A stretch of DNA of 64,000 nucleotides from an uncultured Actinomycetes bacterium (GCA_963819535.1 CAWFWL010000003.1:116636-180635); one strand, 5' to 3'. Positions 1 to 9,847 are shown, counted from the first letter of the stretch. The notes: generated by a model not told the origin, from the sequence alone. Numbers and translations: made by a program.

Positions 1-2178
1 CCGGGTTTCGACCACGCCGGCATCTCGACCCAGAACGTCGTCGAGAAGGCGCTGATCGAGGAGGGAACCTCACGCCAGGAGCTCGGCCGCGAGCAGTTCG
101 TCGCGCGCGTCTGGGAGTGGCTGCACGAGTACGGCGGCAAGATCCTCGACGACTTCCGCCGCGTCGGGGCGTCACTCGACTATCGCCGCACGCGGTTCAC
201 GATGGACGACGGCTACGTCCGCGCCGTGATGCGTTGGTTCGTCCACCTGTACCGGCGCGGCTACATCTATCGCGCGAACCGGATCATCAACTGGTGCCCG
301 TTCCACGAGACGTCGCTCTCGGACCTCGAGGTGATCCACGAGGACGTCGACGACACGCTGACGACGATCCGCTACCCGCTGGCAGACGGCGACGGTTTCA
401 TCCCGATCGCCACGGTGCGTCCCGCGACGATCCCCGCCGACGTGGCGGTGGCTGTGCATCCGGACGACGAGCGGTACAAGCATCTGATCGGCCGCGAGGT
501 GATCGTGCCGTGGGTCGAGCGGCGCGTGCCCGTGATCGCCGACGAGCGGGTCGAGCGCGAGTTCGGCACCGGCGCGCTCAAGATCACACCGGGCCACGAC
601 CCGACCGACTTCGCGATCGGGCGCGACCACGGCCTGCCCGAGCCGATGTGCATCGGCCCCGACGGGCGGGTCACCGCGCCGGGGCTGGAGGGACTGACGC
701 AGAAGGAGGCGGACGCGAAGATCCTCGCCTGGCTCGAGGAGCGCGGCCAGCTCGAGAAGCGCGAGCACTACCGGCACTCGGTCGCGCGCTGCGAGCGCTG
801 CAAGACGCGCATCGAGCCGCTGATCTCGCTGCAGTGGTGGTGCTCGATGACTGAGCTGAAGGAGCCGGCGCTCGCCGCGCTCCGCGACCGACGCGTCGTC
901 TACCACCCCGAGAGCCAGCATCGCTACGCGATCGACTCGCTCGAGAACGCCCCCGACTGGTGCGTGTCGCGGCAGATCTGGTGGGGCCATCAGATCCCGG
1001 TCTGGTACTGCCCGGACGACCACGTCACCGTCGAGGAGACGGAGCCTGCGGCCTGCGGCGAGTGCGGCTCGACCGAGCTCCGGCGCGAGACCGACGTGCT
1101 CGACACCTGGTTCTCCTCGGCGCTGTGGCCCTTCGCCACGCTCGGCTGGCCGGACGAGACCGACGACCTCGCCTACTTCTACCCCGGCGACCTGCAGACG
1201 ACCGCACGCGAGATCATCCGCCTCTGGGAGAACCGGATGATCTTCTCCGGCCTCGAGCTGCTCGGCGAGGTGCCGTTCACCGACGTGATCATCTACTCGA
1301 CCGTGCTCGCGCCCGACGGCCGGCGCATGTCGAAGTCGCTCGGCACGGGGATCGACGCGAAGGAGGTGCTCGAGCGCTATGGCGCCGACCCGACGCGCTA
1401 CGGCTTGATGAAGAACTCGCTCACGCAGGACGTGCGTTTCTCGTACGCGGCGATCGAGGAAGGCTCACGCCTCTCGAACAAGCTGTGGAACGCCGCGCGC
1501 CTGATCGTGCTCGCCTGCGAGGGCGCCGAACCGTCCGAGCAGCCGGCCTCGCTGGAGGAGCGCTGGATCCTCGCGCGGCTCTCGCAGACGCAACGGGAGG
1601 TCGAGCGCCTGTTGGCCGAGTTCGACTTCGCCCACGTGACCGACGAGCTCTACCACCTGACCTTCGACGACTTCTGCGACTGGTACCTCGAGGCGGTCAA
1701 GGCGCGCCTCTACGACGGCGATGTCGCTGCCCGCGCGACGGCGACCGCCGCGCTCGAGCGCCTGCTCAAGCTGCTGCACCCGGTGATGCCGCACGTGACC
1801 GAGGAGATCTGGTCGCAGCTGCCGTCACGCGAGACACGGCTGATCGCGGCGCCCTGGCCCGAGGCCGGCGACGAGGCCGACGCCGGTGCGCTGCGGCGCG
1901 TCCAGGAATCGGCACAGACGTTCCGTCGCGCCGGCGTGCTGCCCGCGCTCGACGGCGACGACCTGCGGATCTTCACGGCCGTCGTCAAACCGGAGCGCGC
2001 ACCGCAGCGCGACGGCGACGTCGAGGCGGAGCGCGCGCGACTGGCCACGGAGATCGCCCGCGCCGAGGGGATGCTCGGCAACGAACGATTCGTCGCCAAC
2101 GCCCCCGCCGCCGTGGTCGACGCGGAGCGCGAGAAGCTCGAGCGCTACCGGCGCGAGCTCGATGCAATCGGCGACTGA
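1..2178 (+). CDS. valS: valine--tRNA ligase (5' end lies outside the window)
   Basis: Frame 1 is open from base 1, and track ORF 202..2178 is its in-frame tail. Class-I aaRS blocks are present, including the KMSKS-type 'RMSKSLGTG', an anticodon-binding region and a C-terminal coiled coil. Confidence 0.95.
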   Translation, partial: PGFDHAGISTQNVVEKALIEEGTSRQELGREQFVARVWEWLHEYGGKILDDFRRVGASLDYRRTRFTMDDGYVRAVMRWFVHLYRRGYIYRANRIINWCPFHETSLSDLEVIHEDVDDTLTTIRYPLADGDGFIPIATVRPATIPADVAVAVHPDDERYKHLIGREVIVPWVERRVPVIADERVEREFGTGALKITPGHDPTDFAIGRDHGLPEPMCIGPDGRVTAPGLEGLTQKEADAKILAWLEERGQLEKREHYRHSVARCERCKTRIEPLISLQWWCSMTELKEPALAALRDRRVVYHPESQHRYAIDSLENAPDWCVSRQIWWGHQIPVWYCPDDHVTVEETEPAACGECGSTELRRETDVLDTWFSSALWPFATLGWPDETDDLAYFYPGDLQTTAREIIRLWENRMIFSGLELLGEVPFTDVIIYSTVLAPDGRRMSKSLGTGIDAKEVLERYGADPTRYGLMKNSLTQDVRFSYAAIEEGSRLSNKLWNAARLIVLACEGAEPSEQPASLEERWILARLSQTQREVERLLAEFDFAHVTDELYHLTFDDFCDWYLEAVKARLYDGDVAARATATAALERLLKLLHPVMPHVTEEIWSQLPSRETRLIAAPWPEAGDEADAGALRRVQESAQTFRRAGVLPALDGDDLRIFTAVVKPERAPQRDGDVEAERARLATEIARAEGMLGNERFVANAPAAVVDAEREKLERYRRELDAIGD

Positions 2179-3202
2179 CTGGGTCGCGTCGCTCTCGCCC
2201 TGGCCCGCAGACGGGTTCGGGCTCGAGCGGATGCGCGCGCTGCTCGAGCTGCTCGGCCGACCAGAACGCCGCTACGAGGCCGTCCACGTCGTCGGCACGA
2301 AGGGAAAGTCGACCGCCGCCCGCACGATCGCGGCGCTGCTGCGCGCCGAGGGGCTCGCCGCGGCGGCGTACACGTCGCCGCACGTCGCTGGCTGGGCCGA
2401 GCGGCTCGAGACGGATCCGGCGGGCTTCGAACGCGCTGTCCGCCGTGTCCGGCCTGCCGCCGAGGAGACGGGTGCGACGCAGTTCGAGATCCTCACCGCC
2501 GCCGCGCTGCTCGACTTCGCGGAACGTGGCGTCGACGTCGCCGTACTGGAAGCGGGTCTGGGTGGACGGCTCGACGCGACGAACGTCGTCGACGCGCGCG
2601 TCGTGCTGCTGACGAACGTCGGGCTCGAGCACACGGCCGTGCTCGGCGAGACCCGCGAGGCGATCGCCGGCGAGAAGCTCGCCGTGGCCAGGCCCGACGC
2701 GACCGTCGTGCTGCCGGACGCCGAGTTCGTGGACCTCGTCCCGGGCCGGACGGTGGTGCTCGGCGGGGCGCGCGAGGCGGCCGGTGCGTTCCTCGGCCGC
2801 CCTGCGACCGGCGACGTCGAGGTGCGGCTCGCAGGGCGCCTCGAGGTGCGGGACGGCGAGGTGCGGGACGGCGCGCATACGCCGGAGGCGGCCGACTGGC
2901 TGCTCGACCGGCTGCCGGGCGGGCGCGACTACGTCGTCGTGGCGTCGATCCTCGACGACAAGGACGCGCCCCGGATCCTCGAGCGGCTCGCGCGCGCCGG
3001 GGACACGCTGGTCGCGACGCGCTCGTCGAACGAGCGGGCGCTGGCATCGGCCGAGGTCGCCCGCCACGCCGAGGGGGCCTTCGCGTCCGTCGTCGCCGTC
3101 GACGACCCGAGCGCCGCGCTTGCCCACGCCCGAAGCCTCGGGCGGCCGGTGCTCGTGACAGGCTCGCTGTACCTCCTTGCCGATCTCGCGGGAGAAGACT
3201 GA
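2162..3202 (+). CDS. folC: bifunctional folylpolyglutamate synthase/dihydrofolate synthase
   Basis: ATG 2162 lies in the frame of track ORF 1886..3202 and overlaps the valS stop. It has the Mur-ligase P-loop 'VVGTKGKSTAA' and the conserved valS-folC synteny. Confidence 0.85.
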   Translation: MQSATDWVASLSPWPADGFGLERMRALLELLGRPERRYEAVHVVGTKGKSTAARTIAALLRAEGLAAAAYTSPHVAGWAERLETDPAGFERAVRRVRPAAEETGATQFEILTAAALLDFAERGVDVAVLEAGLGGRLDATNVVDARVVLLTNVGLEHTAVLGETREAIAGEKLAVARPDATVVLPDAEFVDLVPGRTVVLGGAREAAGAFLGRPATGDVEVRLAGRLEVRDGEVRDGAHTPEAADWLLDRLPGGRDYVVVASILDDKDAPRILERLARAGDTLVATRSSNERALASAEVARHAEGAFASVVAVDDPSAALAHARSLGRPVLVTGSLYLLADLAGED

Positions 3203-3213
3203 AACTGCATACG

Positions 3214-3327
3214 ATGTCGCGCTCCCGTGAACGCATCAGCGTGTTCCTGTTCGCTCTCGGCCTCCTGGCCCTCTTCGTCGGCCTGGCCTTCGCCGCCGGG
3301 TACGCGCTAGGCAGGATCCTCCTGTGA
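3214..3327 (+). CDS. 37-aa single-pass membrane peptide (hypothetical, below the ORF-track cutoff)
   Basis: My own translation is MSRSRERISVFLFALGLLALFVGLAFAAGYALGRILL. Its TGA overlaps the GTG of the next ORF (GTGA), which suggests translational coupling. Confidence 0.35.
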   Translation: MSRSRERISVFLFALGLLALFVGLAFAAGYALGRILL

Positions 3328-3842
3328 CCCTCGCGTCCGCCTTCGGCAGCGTCCACGACTTCTTCCACTCCTCGACGTGGTACGTGATCCGCAACCTCGC
3401 GCTCTTCTTCGTGCTCGTCTTCTGGGTCGCGAGCGTCTACTGGGTGTACAAGGACGCCCGCCGGCGCATCGCCGACCCGTTGCTCGTGTGGGTGGCGACG
3501 CTGCTCGGCGTCGTGCCGTTCATCGGCCCACTCATCTACATGCTGTTCCGCCCGCCGGAGTACCTCGACGACGTGCGCGAGCGCGAGCTGGAGATCAAGG
3601 CGATGGAGAAGCGGCTCGGCGCGCGCGACCAGCACTGCCCGGTCTGCCGGGCCGAAGTCGAGGAGGACTTCCTGATCTGCCCTGTCTGCACGACGAAGCT
3701 GCGGCAGTCGTGTGTGCGCTGTCATAAGCCGCTCGAGGCCCTCTGGCAGGTGTGCCCGTACTGCGAGACGCCGATCGAGCACGACCCGACGACCGTCCTC
3801 GCCGAAGTGAAGCGCCCGCCGCGGCGACAGCGGTCCCGGTAG
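3324..3842 (+). CDS. membrane protein with a PLD-nuclease N-terminal (PLDc_N-like) 2-TM domain and a C-terminal double zinc ribbon
   Basis: It has two hydrophobic helices with 'VYKDARRR...PFIGPLIYMLFRPPE'. Three CxxC pairs follow (CPVC, CPVC, CVRC...CPYC). Confidence 0.6.
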   Translation: MTLASAFGSVHDFFHSSTWYVIRNLALFFVLVFWVASVYWVYKDARRRIADPLLVWVATLLGVVPFIGPLIYMLFRPPEYLDDVRERELEIKAMEKRLGARDQHCPVCRAEVEEDFLICPVCTTKLRQSCVRCHKPLEALWQVCPYCETPIEHDPTTVLAEVKRPPRRQRSR

Positions 3843-3855
3843 TCTCCGCCGCCGC

Positions 3856-4272
3856 ATGGCCGTCGAGCAGACATTGATCCTCGCGAAGCCGGACGCGGTC
3901 GAGCGCGGTCTCGCCGGCGAGATCCTCGCGCGCTTCGAGCGGCGGGGCCTGAAGCTGCGGGCGGCGCGTCTGCTCGTCGCGTCGCGGGAGCTCGGCGAGG
4001 CGCACTACGCCGAGCACGCGGAGAAGCCGTTCTTCGGCGAGCTCGTCGCCTTCATCACGTCGTCCCCGACGCTTGCACTCGTCTTCGAGGGCGAGGGCGC
4101 GGTCGCGACGTGCCGCCTGACGATCGGGGCGACGAACCCCGCGGAGGCGCTGCCCGGCTCGCTGCGCGGCCAGTTCGCGCTCGCAATGCCGAACAACCTG
4201 GTGCACGGCTCCGACTCGCCCGAGTCGGCGCAGCGGGAGATCGGCCTATGGTTCCCGGATGGACTCGTCTAA
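3856..4272 (+). CDS. ndk: nucleoside-diphosphate kinase
   Basis: Full-length match to the Ndk pattern (ILAKPDAV, NLVHGSDS). The size of 138 aa is typical. Confidence 0.95.
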   Translation: MAVEQTLILAKPDAVERGLAGEILARFERRGLKLRAARLLVASRELGEAHYAEHAEKPFFGELVAFITSSPTLALVFEGEGAVATCRLTIGATNPAEALPGSLRGQFALAMPNNLVHGSDSPESAQREIGLWFPDGLV

Positions 4273-5023
4273 GACAGACGCCGCGAAGAACGCAGCGCTC
4301 TGGACCGAAGCGAACCGCGAGCATACGAACGACTCGGCGCCCACGAACTGGGCGCTCGACGAGATCACCTGGGGCGTCTGGGCGATCGACGAGGCCGACG
4401 TCGGCGTGATCGGCGACGTCTCCGGGCTCGACGTCGTCGAGCTCGGCTGTGGCACGGCGTACTTCTCGGCCTGGCTCGCGAAGCGTGGCGCGAAGCCGGT
4501 CGGTGTCGACATCACGCCTGCGCAGCTCGACACGGCGCGGCGGATGATGGCCGAGACGGGGATCGAGTTCCCGCTCGTCGAGGCCGACGCGGGCGACACC
4601 GGGCTGCCGTCGGAGAGCTTCGACCTTGCGCTCTCGGAGTACGGGGCGTCGATCTGGGTCGATCCGTACCGGTGGATCCCCGAGGCGGCTCGTCTGCTGC
4701 GTCCCGGCGGCAGGCTGATCTTCCTCTGCAACTCGACGCTCGTCATCCTCTGCTCCGCCGACACCGAGCCGGCGACCGAGCACCTGGAGCGCCCGCAGTT
4801 CGGTATGCGCCGGTTCGATTGGCCGGACGGAGGTATCGAGTTCCATCTCGCCCACGGCGAGATGGTCGACGTGCTGCGGGCGAACGGCTTCGACCTCGAG
4901 CGGCTGATCGAGCTGCAGGCGCCCGCCGATGCGCAGACCCACGAGTACTACGCGTACGTGACCGCCGACTGGGCGCGCCGGTGGCCGGCCGAGGAGATCT
5001 GGGTCGCGCGCAAGCGCGGCTGA
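4259..5023 (+). CDS. class I SAM-dependent methyltransferase
   Basis: SAM-binding motif I 'VVELGCGTAY' and an acidic loop 'VGVDITPAQL'. Confidence 0.8.
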   Translation: MDSSKTDAAKNAALWTEANREHTNDSAPTNWALDEITWGVWAIDEADVGVIGDVSGLDVVELGCGTAYFSAWLAKRGAKPVGVDITPAQLDTARRMMAETGIEFPLVEADAGDTGLPSESFDLALSEYGASIWVDPYRWIPEAARLLRPGGRLIFLCNSTLVILCSADTEPATEHLERPQFGMRRFDWPDGGIEFHLAHGEMVDVLRANGFDLERLIELQAPADAQTHEYYAYVTADWARRWPAEEIWVARKRG

Positions 5024-5595
5024 TGACCGAGCCGCTCGTGCTCGCGTCGACCTCGCCGCAGCGCCGGGCGATCCTGGCGCAGCTGCAGATTCCGTTCGAG
5101 GCGGTATCGCCGTCGTTCGAGGAGCTCCCGGGGACCTCGCCGCTCGACCGCGCGATCGGCAAGGCGTGCTCGGTCGACGGCGGCGGGCGGCCGGTGCTCG
5201 GCGTCGACACCGAGGTGCTGCTCGACGGGCGGCTGCTCGGCAAGGCGGGCGATCCGCAAGAGGCACACGAGATGCTGGCGTCGCTCGCCGGCCGGACGCA
5301 CGAAGTCGTGTCGGGCCTGTGCCTGCTGACGGGCGGTCGGGAGCTGCTCGACACGGTGACGACCCTCGTCACGTTCCGGTCGCTTTCACCGCATGACGTC
5401 GCCGCATACGTCGGCGCCGGCGAGTGGGAGGGTCGCGCCGGCGCGTACGCGATCCAGGGTCTCGGCGCCGGGCTGATCGAGCGCATCGAGGGCGACTACC
5501 TGAACGTCGTCGGGCTGCCGGGCGCCGCGCTGTTGCGCCTGCTTTCAGAGCGCGAGCAGCACGATCCCGGCGAAGACGAGCACCGAGCCGGCTAG
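5023..5595 (+). CDS. maf: Maf-like nucleoside triphosphate pyrophosphatase
   Basis: ATG 5023 overlaps the preceding TGA (ATGA) and lies in the frame of track ORF 4672..5595. The N-terminus 'LVLASTSPQRRAIL' and 'AYAIQG' are Maf hallmarks. Confidence 0.85.
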   Translation: MTEPLVLASTSPQRRAILAQLQIPFEAVSPSFEELPGTSPLDRAIGKACSVDGGGRPVLGVDTEVLLDGRLLGKAGDPQEAHEMLASLAGRTHEVVSGLCLLTGGRELLDTVTTLVTFRSLSPHDVAAYVGAGEWEGRAGAYAIQGLGAGLIERIEGDYLNVVGLPGAALLRLLSEREQHDPGEDEHRAG

Positions 5596-6354
5596 GCGAC
5601 CTCGCGAGACCCGCTCGGCGAGCAGCCGGCCGGCGAGGGCGGTCGCGAGCACCACCGACGACGAGCGCACCGCGAGCACAGCGGCGGCGCTGCCGTGCCG
5701 GAGCGCCAGCAGGCCGAGCGTGAACGAGCCGACGTTGGCGAGCGCCCCGGCGGCGGCGGCCCAGCCGAGCTCGCGCCGAATCGCACGCGCACCGACGAGC
5801 GGTGGGTAGACGAGGCACGGCAGCGCGAGCGTGAGCACGAAGTACGTGAGCGCACCGGCGCGCTGGATGCCCGACCGGTCGACCAGTGTGTAGCCGGCGA
5901 TCGAGACCGCGAGCGTCGCGGTCAGCAGCAACGCTGTCGAGTCGGCGCCGCCGGCGACGCCGCGCACGAGCACGACGCCCGCGCAGACCAGGAGCACGCC
6001 GGCGATCTCGCTCGTCGTCGCGTGGTGGCCGAGCCAGAGGACGGCGAACCCGAGCACGAGCAGCGGCGCGAGGCCGCGCGTCGCCGGGTACACGAACGAC
6101 ACCTCGCCATGCTTGTAGGCGAGCGCGAGCGCAACCACGTACACGGTCTCGAGCACCGTCGAGGCCAGTGCATACGGCCAGACGGAACGGTCGGCGTGCC
6201 ACCAGACGACGGCGAACGGCAGGGCGATCGCGAGCGAGAGCACGAACGTCGCCGCGGTCGCCGCCTGCACGTCTCGGGCGCGGCCCAGCAGTAGGTTCCA
6301 GGCCGCATGCAGCACGGCGCTGCCGAGCGCGAGAGTCAGCGCCGTCAAGGGCAA
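5545..6354 (-). CDS. DMT/EamA-family transporter
   Basis: About 10 hydrophobic helices in a duplicated 5-TM pattern typical of EamA proteins. Confidence 0.7.
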   Translation of the reverse strand: MPLTALTLALGSAVLHAAWNLLLGRARDVQAATAATFVLSLAIALPFAVVWWHADRSVWPYALASTVLETVYVVALALAYKHGEVSFVYPATRGLAPLLVLGFAVLWLGHHATTSEIAGVLLVCAGVVLVRGVAGGADSTALLLTATLAVSIAGYTLVDRSGIQRAGALTYFVLTLALPCLVYPPLVGARAIRRELGWAAAAGALANVGSFTLGLLALRHGSAAAVLAVRSSSVVLATALAGRLLAERVSRGRLAGSVLVFAGIVLLAL

Positions 6355-6359
6355 GCTAG

Positions 6360-7436
<1,077 letters not shown>

Positions 7437-7482
7437 GCCGACGGAATCGGCGCCCGCGCGGCGACTCAGCGGGTAAGCCACC

Positions 7483-7977
7483 ATGCCCGCCGCTTCGATC
7501 TCCGATCCGCACGCCTTCGCCCGCTTCTACGACGACGCGCTGCCGCGGATCTACGGCTACTTCCTGCACCGCTGCGCGGGCGGGTCGCCGGTAGCCGAGG
7601 ATCTGACGCAGGAGACGTTCATCGCCGCCCTCGCCGAGCTTCGAAAGGGCTCGAGCGTCGAGACGCCCCTCCCGTGGCTGTACGGCATCGCCCGGCACAA
7701 GCTGCTCGACCACTACCGGCGCGAGGCTCGCCGTGCGTTGGCCGACGCCTACGAGGAGCCGACGGTCGATCGGCACGGTGAGGATCGCGAACGTGTCCTG
7801 GGTGCGTTGCGCGCGGTTCCTCCGATGCAGCGAGCCGCACTCGTGCTGCGGCACATGGAGGGCCTCTCCGTCCCGGAGCTCGCCCAGGTGCTCGGTCGCA
7901 GCGTTGAAGCCGCCGAGTCGCTGCTCTCACGCGGACGGGTCGGTTTCAAACGCGCGTACCTCGAGGAGGTCTCGTGA
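7483..7977 (+). CDS. ECF-type RNA polymerase sigma-70 family factor
   Basis: Region 2 ('YGIARHKLLDHYRRE') and a region 4 HTH ('LSVPELAQVLGRSVEAAESLLSRGR'). The size of 164 aa fits. Confidence 0.85.
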   Translation: MPAASISDPHAFARFYDDALPRIYGYFLHRCAGGSPVAEDLTQETFIAALAELRKGSSVETPLPWLYGIARHKLLDHYRREARRALADAYEEPTVDRHGEDRERVLGALRAVPPMQRAALVLRHMEGLSVPELAQVLGRSVEAAESLLSRGRVGFKRAYLEEVS

Positions 7978-9137
7978 AGGATCCGATTGCGGCACTGCTC
8001 GCCGACTTCGACGACGCCGTCGCCCCGCGCCCTGCCTTTGCGGACGAGCTGCGCGCGCGGCTCGTCGACGAGCTGGGGCACCCGCGGCGTCGTGCCGTGC
8101 GCAGCAGACGGGCCAGGGCGCTGCTGATCGCCTCGGGGCTGGCCCTGCTCCTGGCGGGGCTCGCCACCGCGACCTACCTGCTCGTCCGTCCGCACGGCGC
8201 AGTGCGACCGAAACGAGGATCGCTCACGGTCGCCTCGAGTCCGGGAAACGGCATCTCGAAGGTTCTCGAGATCCTGCCGCGAGGTCGCACCCGGGTTGTC
8301 TGGCACTGTCCCCGACCGGTCTTCTGCGGTGAGCTGACGAGCGTCGACTGGTCGCCCGACGGCCGGCGTGTCGCGTTCACCCTCGACGAGATCGGCGGCG
8401 GGAGTCGGTACATCGGCCTGCACATCGTCGACATCGCGAGTGGGCGGGACGTTCATCTTCCGGCACTCCCGGACTCGAACAAGAACATTCCCCTGCAACG
8501 GACCCGGCTCGGCTGCGAGTTCCCGACGCAGGTCGCCTGGGCGCCGGACGGTAAGCGGCTCGCCTACACGTGCTCGATCTTCAACGGCGACGGCGCGCGA
8601 AGGTCGGCGATCTTCACGATCGGAAGCGATGGCATCCGTCACGCGCAGCTTCCGGTTGCCCGCAGCGGCAACGTCGGCTGGCCGGCCTGGGCACCTGACG
8701 GCAAGCACATCGCGTTCACGGCCTATCTCGGCTCGAGCGCCCGCCCCGCCATCTATACCGCCGCGCTCGATGGTTCCGACCGACGCCGGCTTGCTCTCGA
8801 CGGGCAAGCCCCGGCCTGGTCGCCCGACGGAAGGACGATCGCCTACCAAGCGTCGCACGGGGGAGGTGTCCGCCTGGTCACTCCGTTGGGTCGCGACGCG
8901 ACGCCGGCATCTGGTCCGGTCGCGCCAAGCGGCTTGCCGGCCTGGTCGCCGGACGGGGCGACTCTGGCGGTCGGGACTCCGCACGGCACGTACCTCGTCG
9001 ACCCCGCCGGAGCCCATTTGCGTCGGGTCACGAAGCTGAACGGCGCTACGCCCGCGTTCGGCTTCGCCCGGCCGGCCTGGTCCCCGGGTCACGTCCGAAA
9101 CGTGTCCAGGCACCTCGCCTGCAGCTCGTGCCTCTAG
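7974..9137 (+). CDS. putative anti-sigma factor: short cytoplasmic N-terminus, one TM helix, extracytoplasmic PD40/TolB-like beta-propeller
   Basis: Its GTG overlaps the sigma gene stop (GTGA). It has the TM helix 'ALLIASGLALLLAGLATATYLLV' and five 'W(S/A)PDG..(I/L/V)A(F/Y)' PD40 repeats. Confidence 0.7.
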   Translation: MKDPIAALLADFDDAVAPRPAFADELRARLVDELGHPRRRAVRSRRARALLIASGLALLLAGLATATYLLVRPHGAVRPKRGSLTVASSPGNGISKVLEILPRGRTRVVWHCPRPVFCGELTSVDWSPDGRRVAFTLDEIGGGSRYIGLHIVDIASGRDVHLPALPDSNKNIPLQRTRLGCEFPTQVAWAPDGKRLAYTCSIFNGDGARRSAIFTIGSDGIRHAQLPVARSGNVGWPAWAPDGKHIAFTAYLGSSARPAIYTAALDGSDRRRLALDGQAPAWSPDGRTIAYQASHGGGVRLVTPLGRDATPASGPVAPSGLPAWSPDGATLAVGTPHGTYLVDPAGAHLRRVTKLNGATPAFGFARPAWSPGHVRNVSRHLACSSCL

Positions 9138-9223
9138 CCGAGAGCGAACGTCTTCGTGCCCAGGGGTGATTCGTGAACGCTGGCCCAGGCCAGAGATGAC
9201 GCTCGCCGTAGAGTCCTCCGGAG

Positions 9224-9847
9224 ATGGACGCTGCAGATGTGATCTCGCTCTATCGCGCCCTCATCGCCGCTGACGCTCCCACCTGGTTGATGGGCGGATG
9301 GGGCGTCGACGCGCTTGTGGGTCAACAGACTCGGCCGCACCATGACGTAGACCTGCTTGTCGATGTGACCAACCTCGAGCGGCTGCGCCTCTGTCTCATC
9401 GATCTGGGCTTTGCTCTCGCTTACACGTGGGACGACGAGGTTCGGTGGATCCGTCACGATGTGTGGTCGTGCCGTTTGGAGCAGCCCTCCGCATTCGTCT
9501 GTCGGCATGTCGACGGCGGAGAAGTTGATGTGCACGTGGTGCGGGAATCCAGTGATGGGGATGTCGAAATGCTCTGGAACGTGCCGTACGCGTTCACGGC
9601 CGCCGGGTTGGGCGCAACCGGTGCAATCGACGGTCAGAGCGTCCGGTGTCTCTCGCGAGAGATGCAAGTGGAGGCGCACAGAGGGTATGCCTTACCCGCA
9701 CATCACCTTCGAGATCTAGAACTGCTCGCACAGGTGTCTGACACCAAGGTGTCAGACACCTCTCCGATGAGGCTTCGCGAGTTTGGAACCGGCGCGCCGC
9801 AGGACGACACTTACGAACCTGGTTCGCTCAGCGAACCAGGTTCGTAA
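9224..9847 (+). CDS. nucleotidyltransferase of the aminoglycoside-2''-adenylyltransferase (ANT(2'')-Ia, PF10706-like) family, with a 3' tail built from palindromic repeats
   Basis: 'WLMGGWGVDALVGQQTRPHHDVDLLV' parallels ANT(2'')-Ia 'WIGGGWAIDARLGRVTRKHDDIDL', including the DxD motif. It is visibly more AT-rich than its flanks. The last ~40 codons are repeat-encoded. Confidence 0.7.
   Translation: MDAADVISLYRALIAADAPTWLMGGWGVDALVGQQTRPHHDVDLLVDVTNLERLRLCLIDLGFALAYTWDDEVRWIRHDVWSCRLEQPSAFVCRHVDGGEVDVHVVRESSDGDVEMLWNVPYAFTAAGLGATGAIDGQSVRCLSREMQVEAHRGYALPAHHLRDLELLAQVSDTKVSDTSPMRLREFGTGAPQDDTYEPGSLSEPGS
9733..9760. repeat. tandem pair of the 13-bp palindrome GGTGTCWGACACC (2-nt spacer)
   Basis: GGTGTCTGACACC AA GGTGTCAGACACC, read directly. 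It is translated QVSDTKVSDT in the ORF. Confidence 0.9.
9811..9847. repeat. perfect 17-bp-stem hairpin made of two CGAACCWGGTTCG palindromes (terminator-like, no U-tract)
   Basis: TTACGAACCTGGTTCGC-TCA-GCGAACCAGGTTCGTAA. It contains the TAA stop of the nucleotidyltransferase ORF and is translated EPGSLSEPGS. Confidence 0.85.

Noticed and set aside
960-3857. Long alternative-frame and antisense ORFs with Arg/Ala/Pro-rich translations. Examples are 960..2612+, 1985..3127- and 2493..3857-. Similar ones occur at 4055..5266-, 5369..6202-, 9828..11375-, 27925..29094-, 35521..37242+, 42291..45212- and 44603..47245+.
   Set aside because: This is typical high-GC artefact. Stop codons are rare in every frame, the translations are low-complexity and basic, and each overlaps a gene with clear family motifs.
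9811-9847. CGAACCWGGTTCG palindromes (also at 38603-38629) as additional LexA/SOS boxes.
   Set aside because: The spacer is 3 nt rather than the 4 nt of the Cheo box. The copies sit at gene 3' ends as long hairpins, not in promoters.
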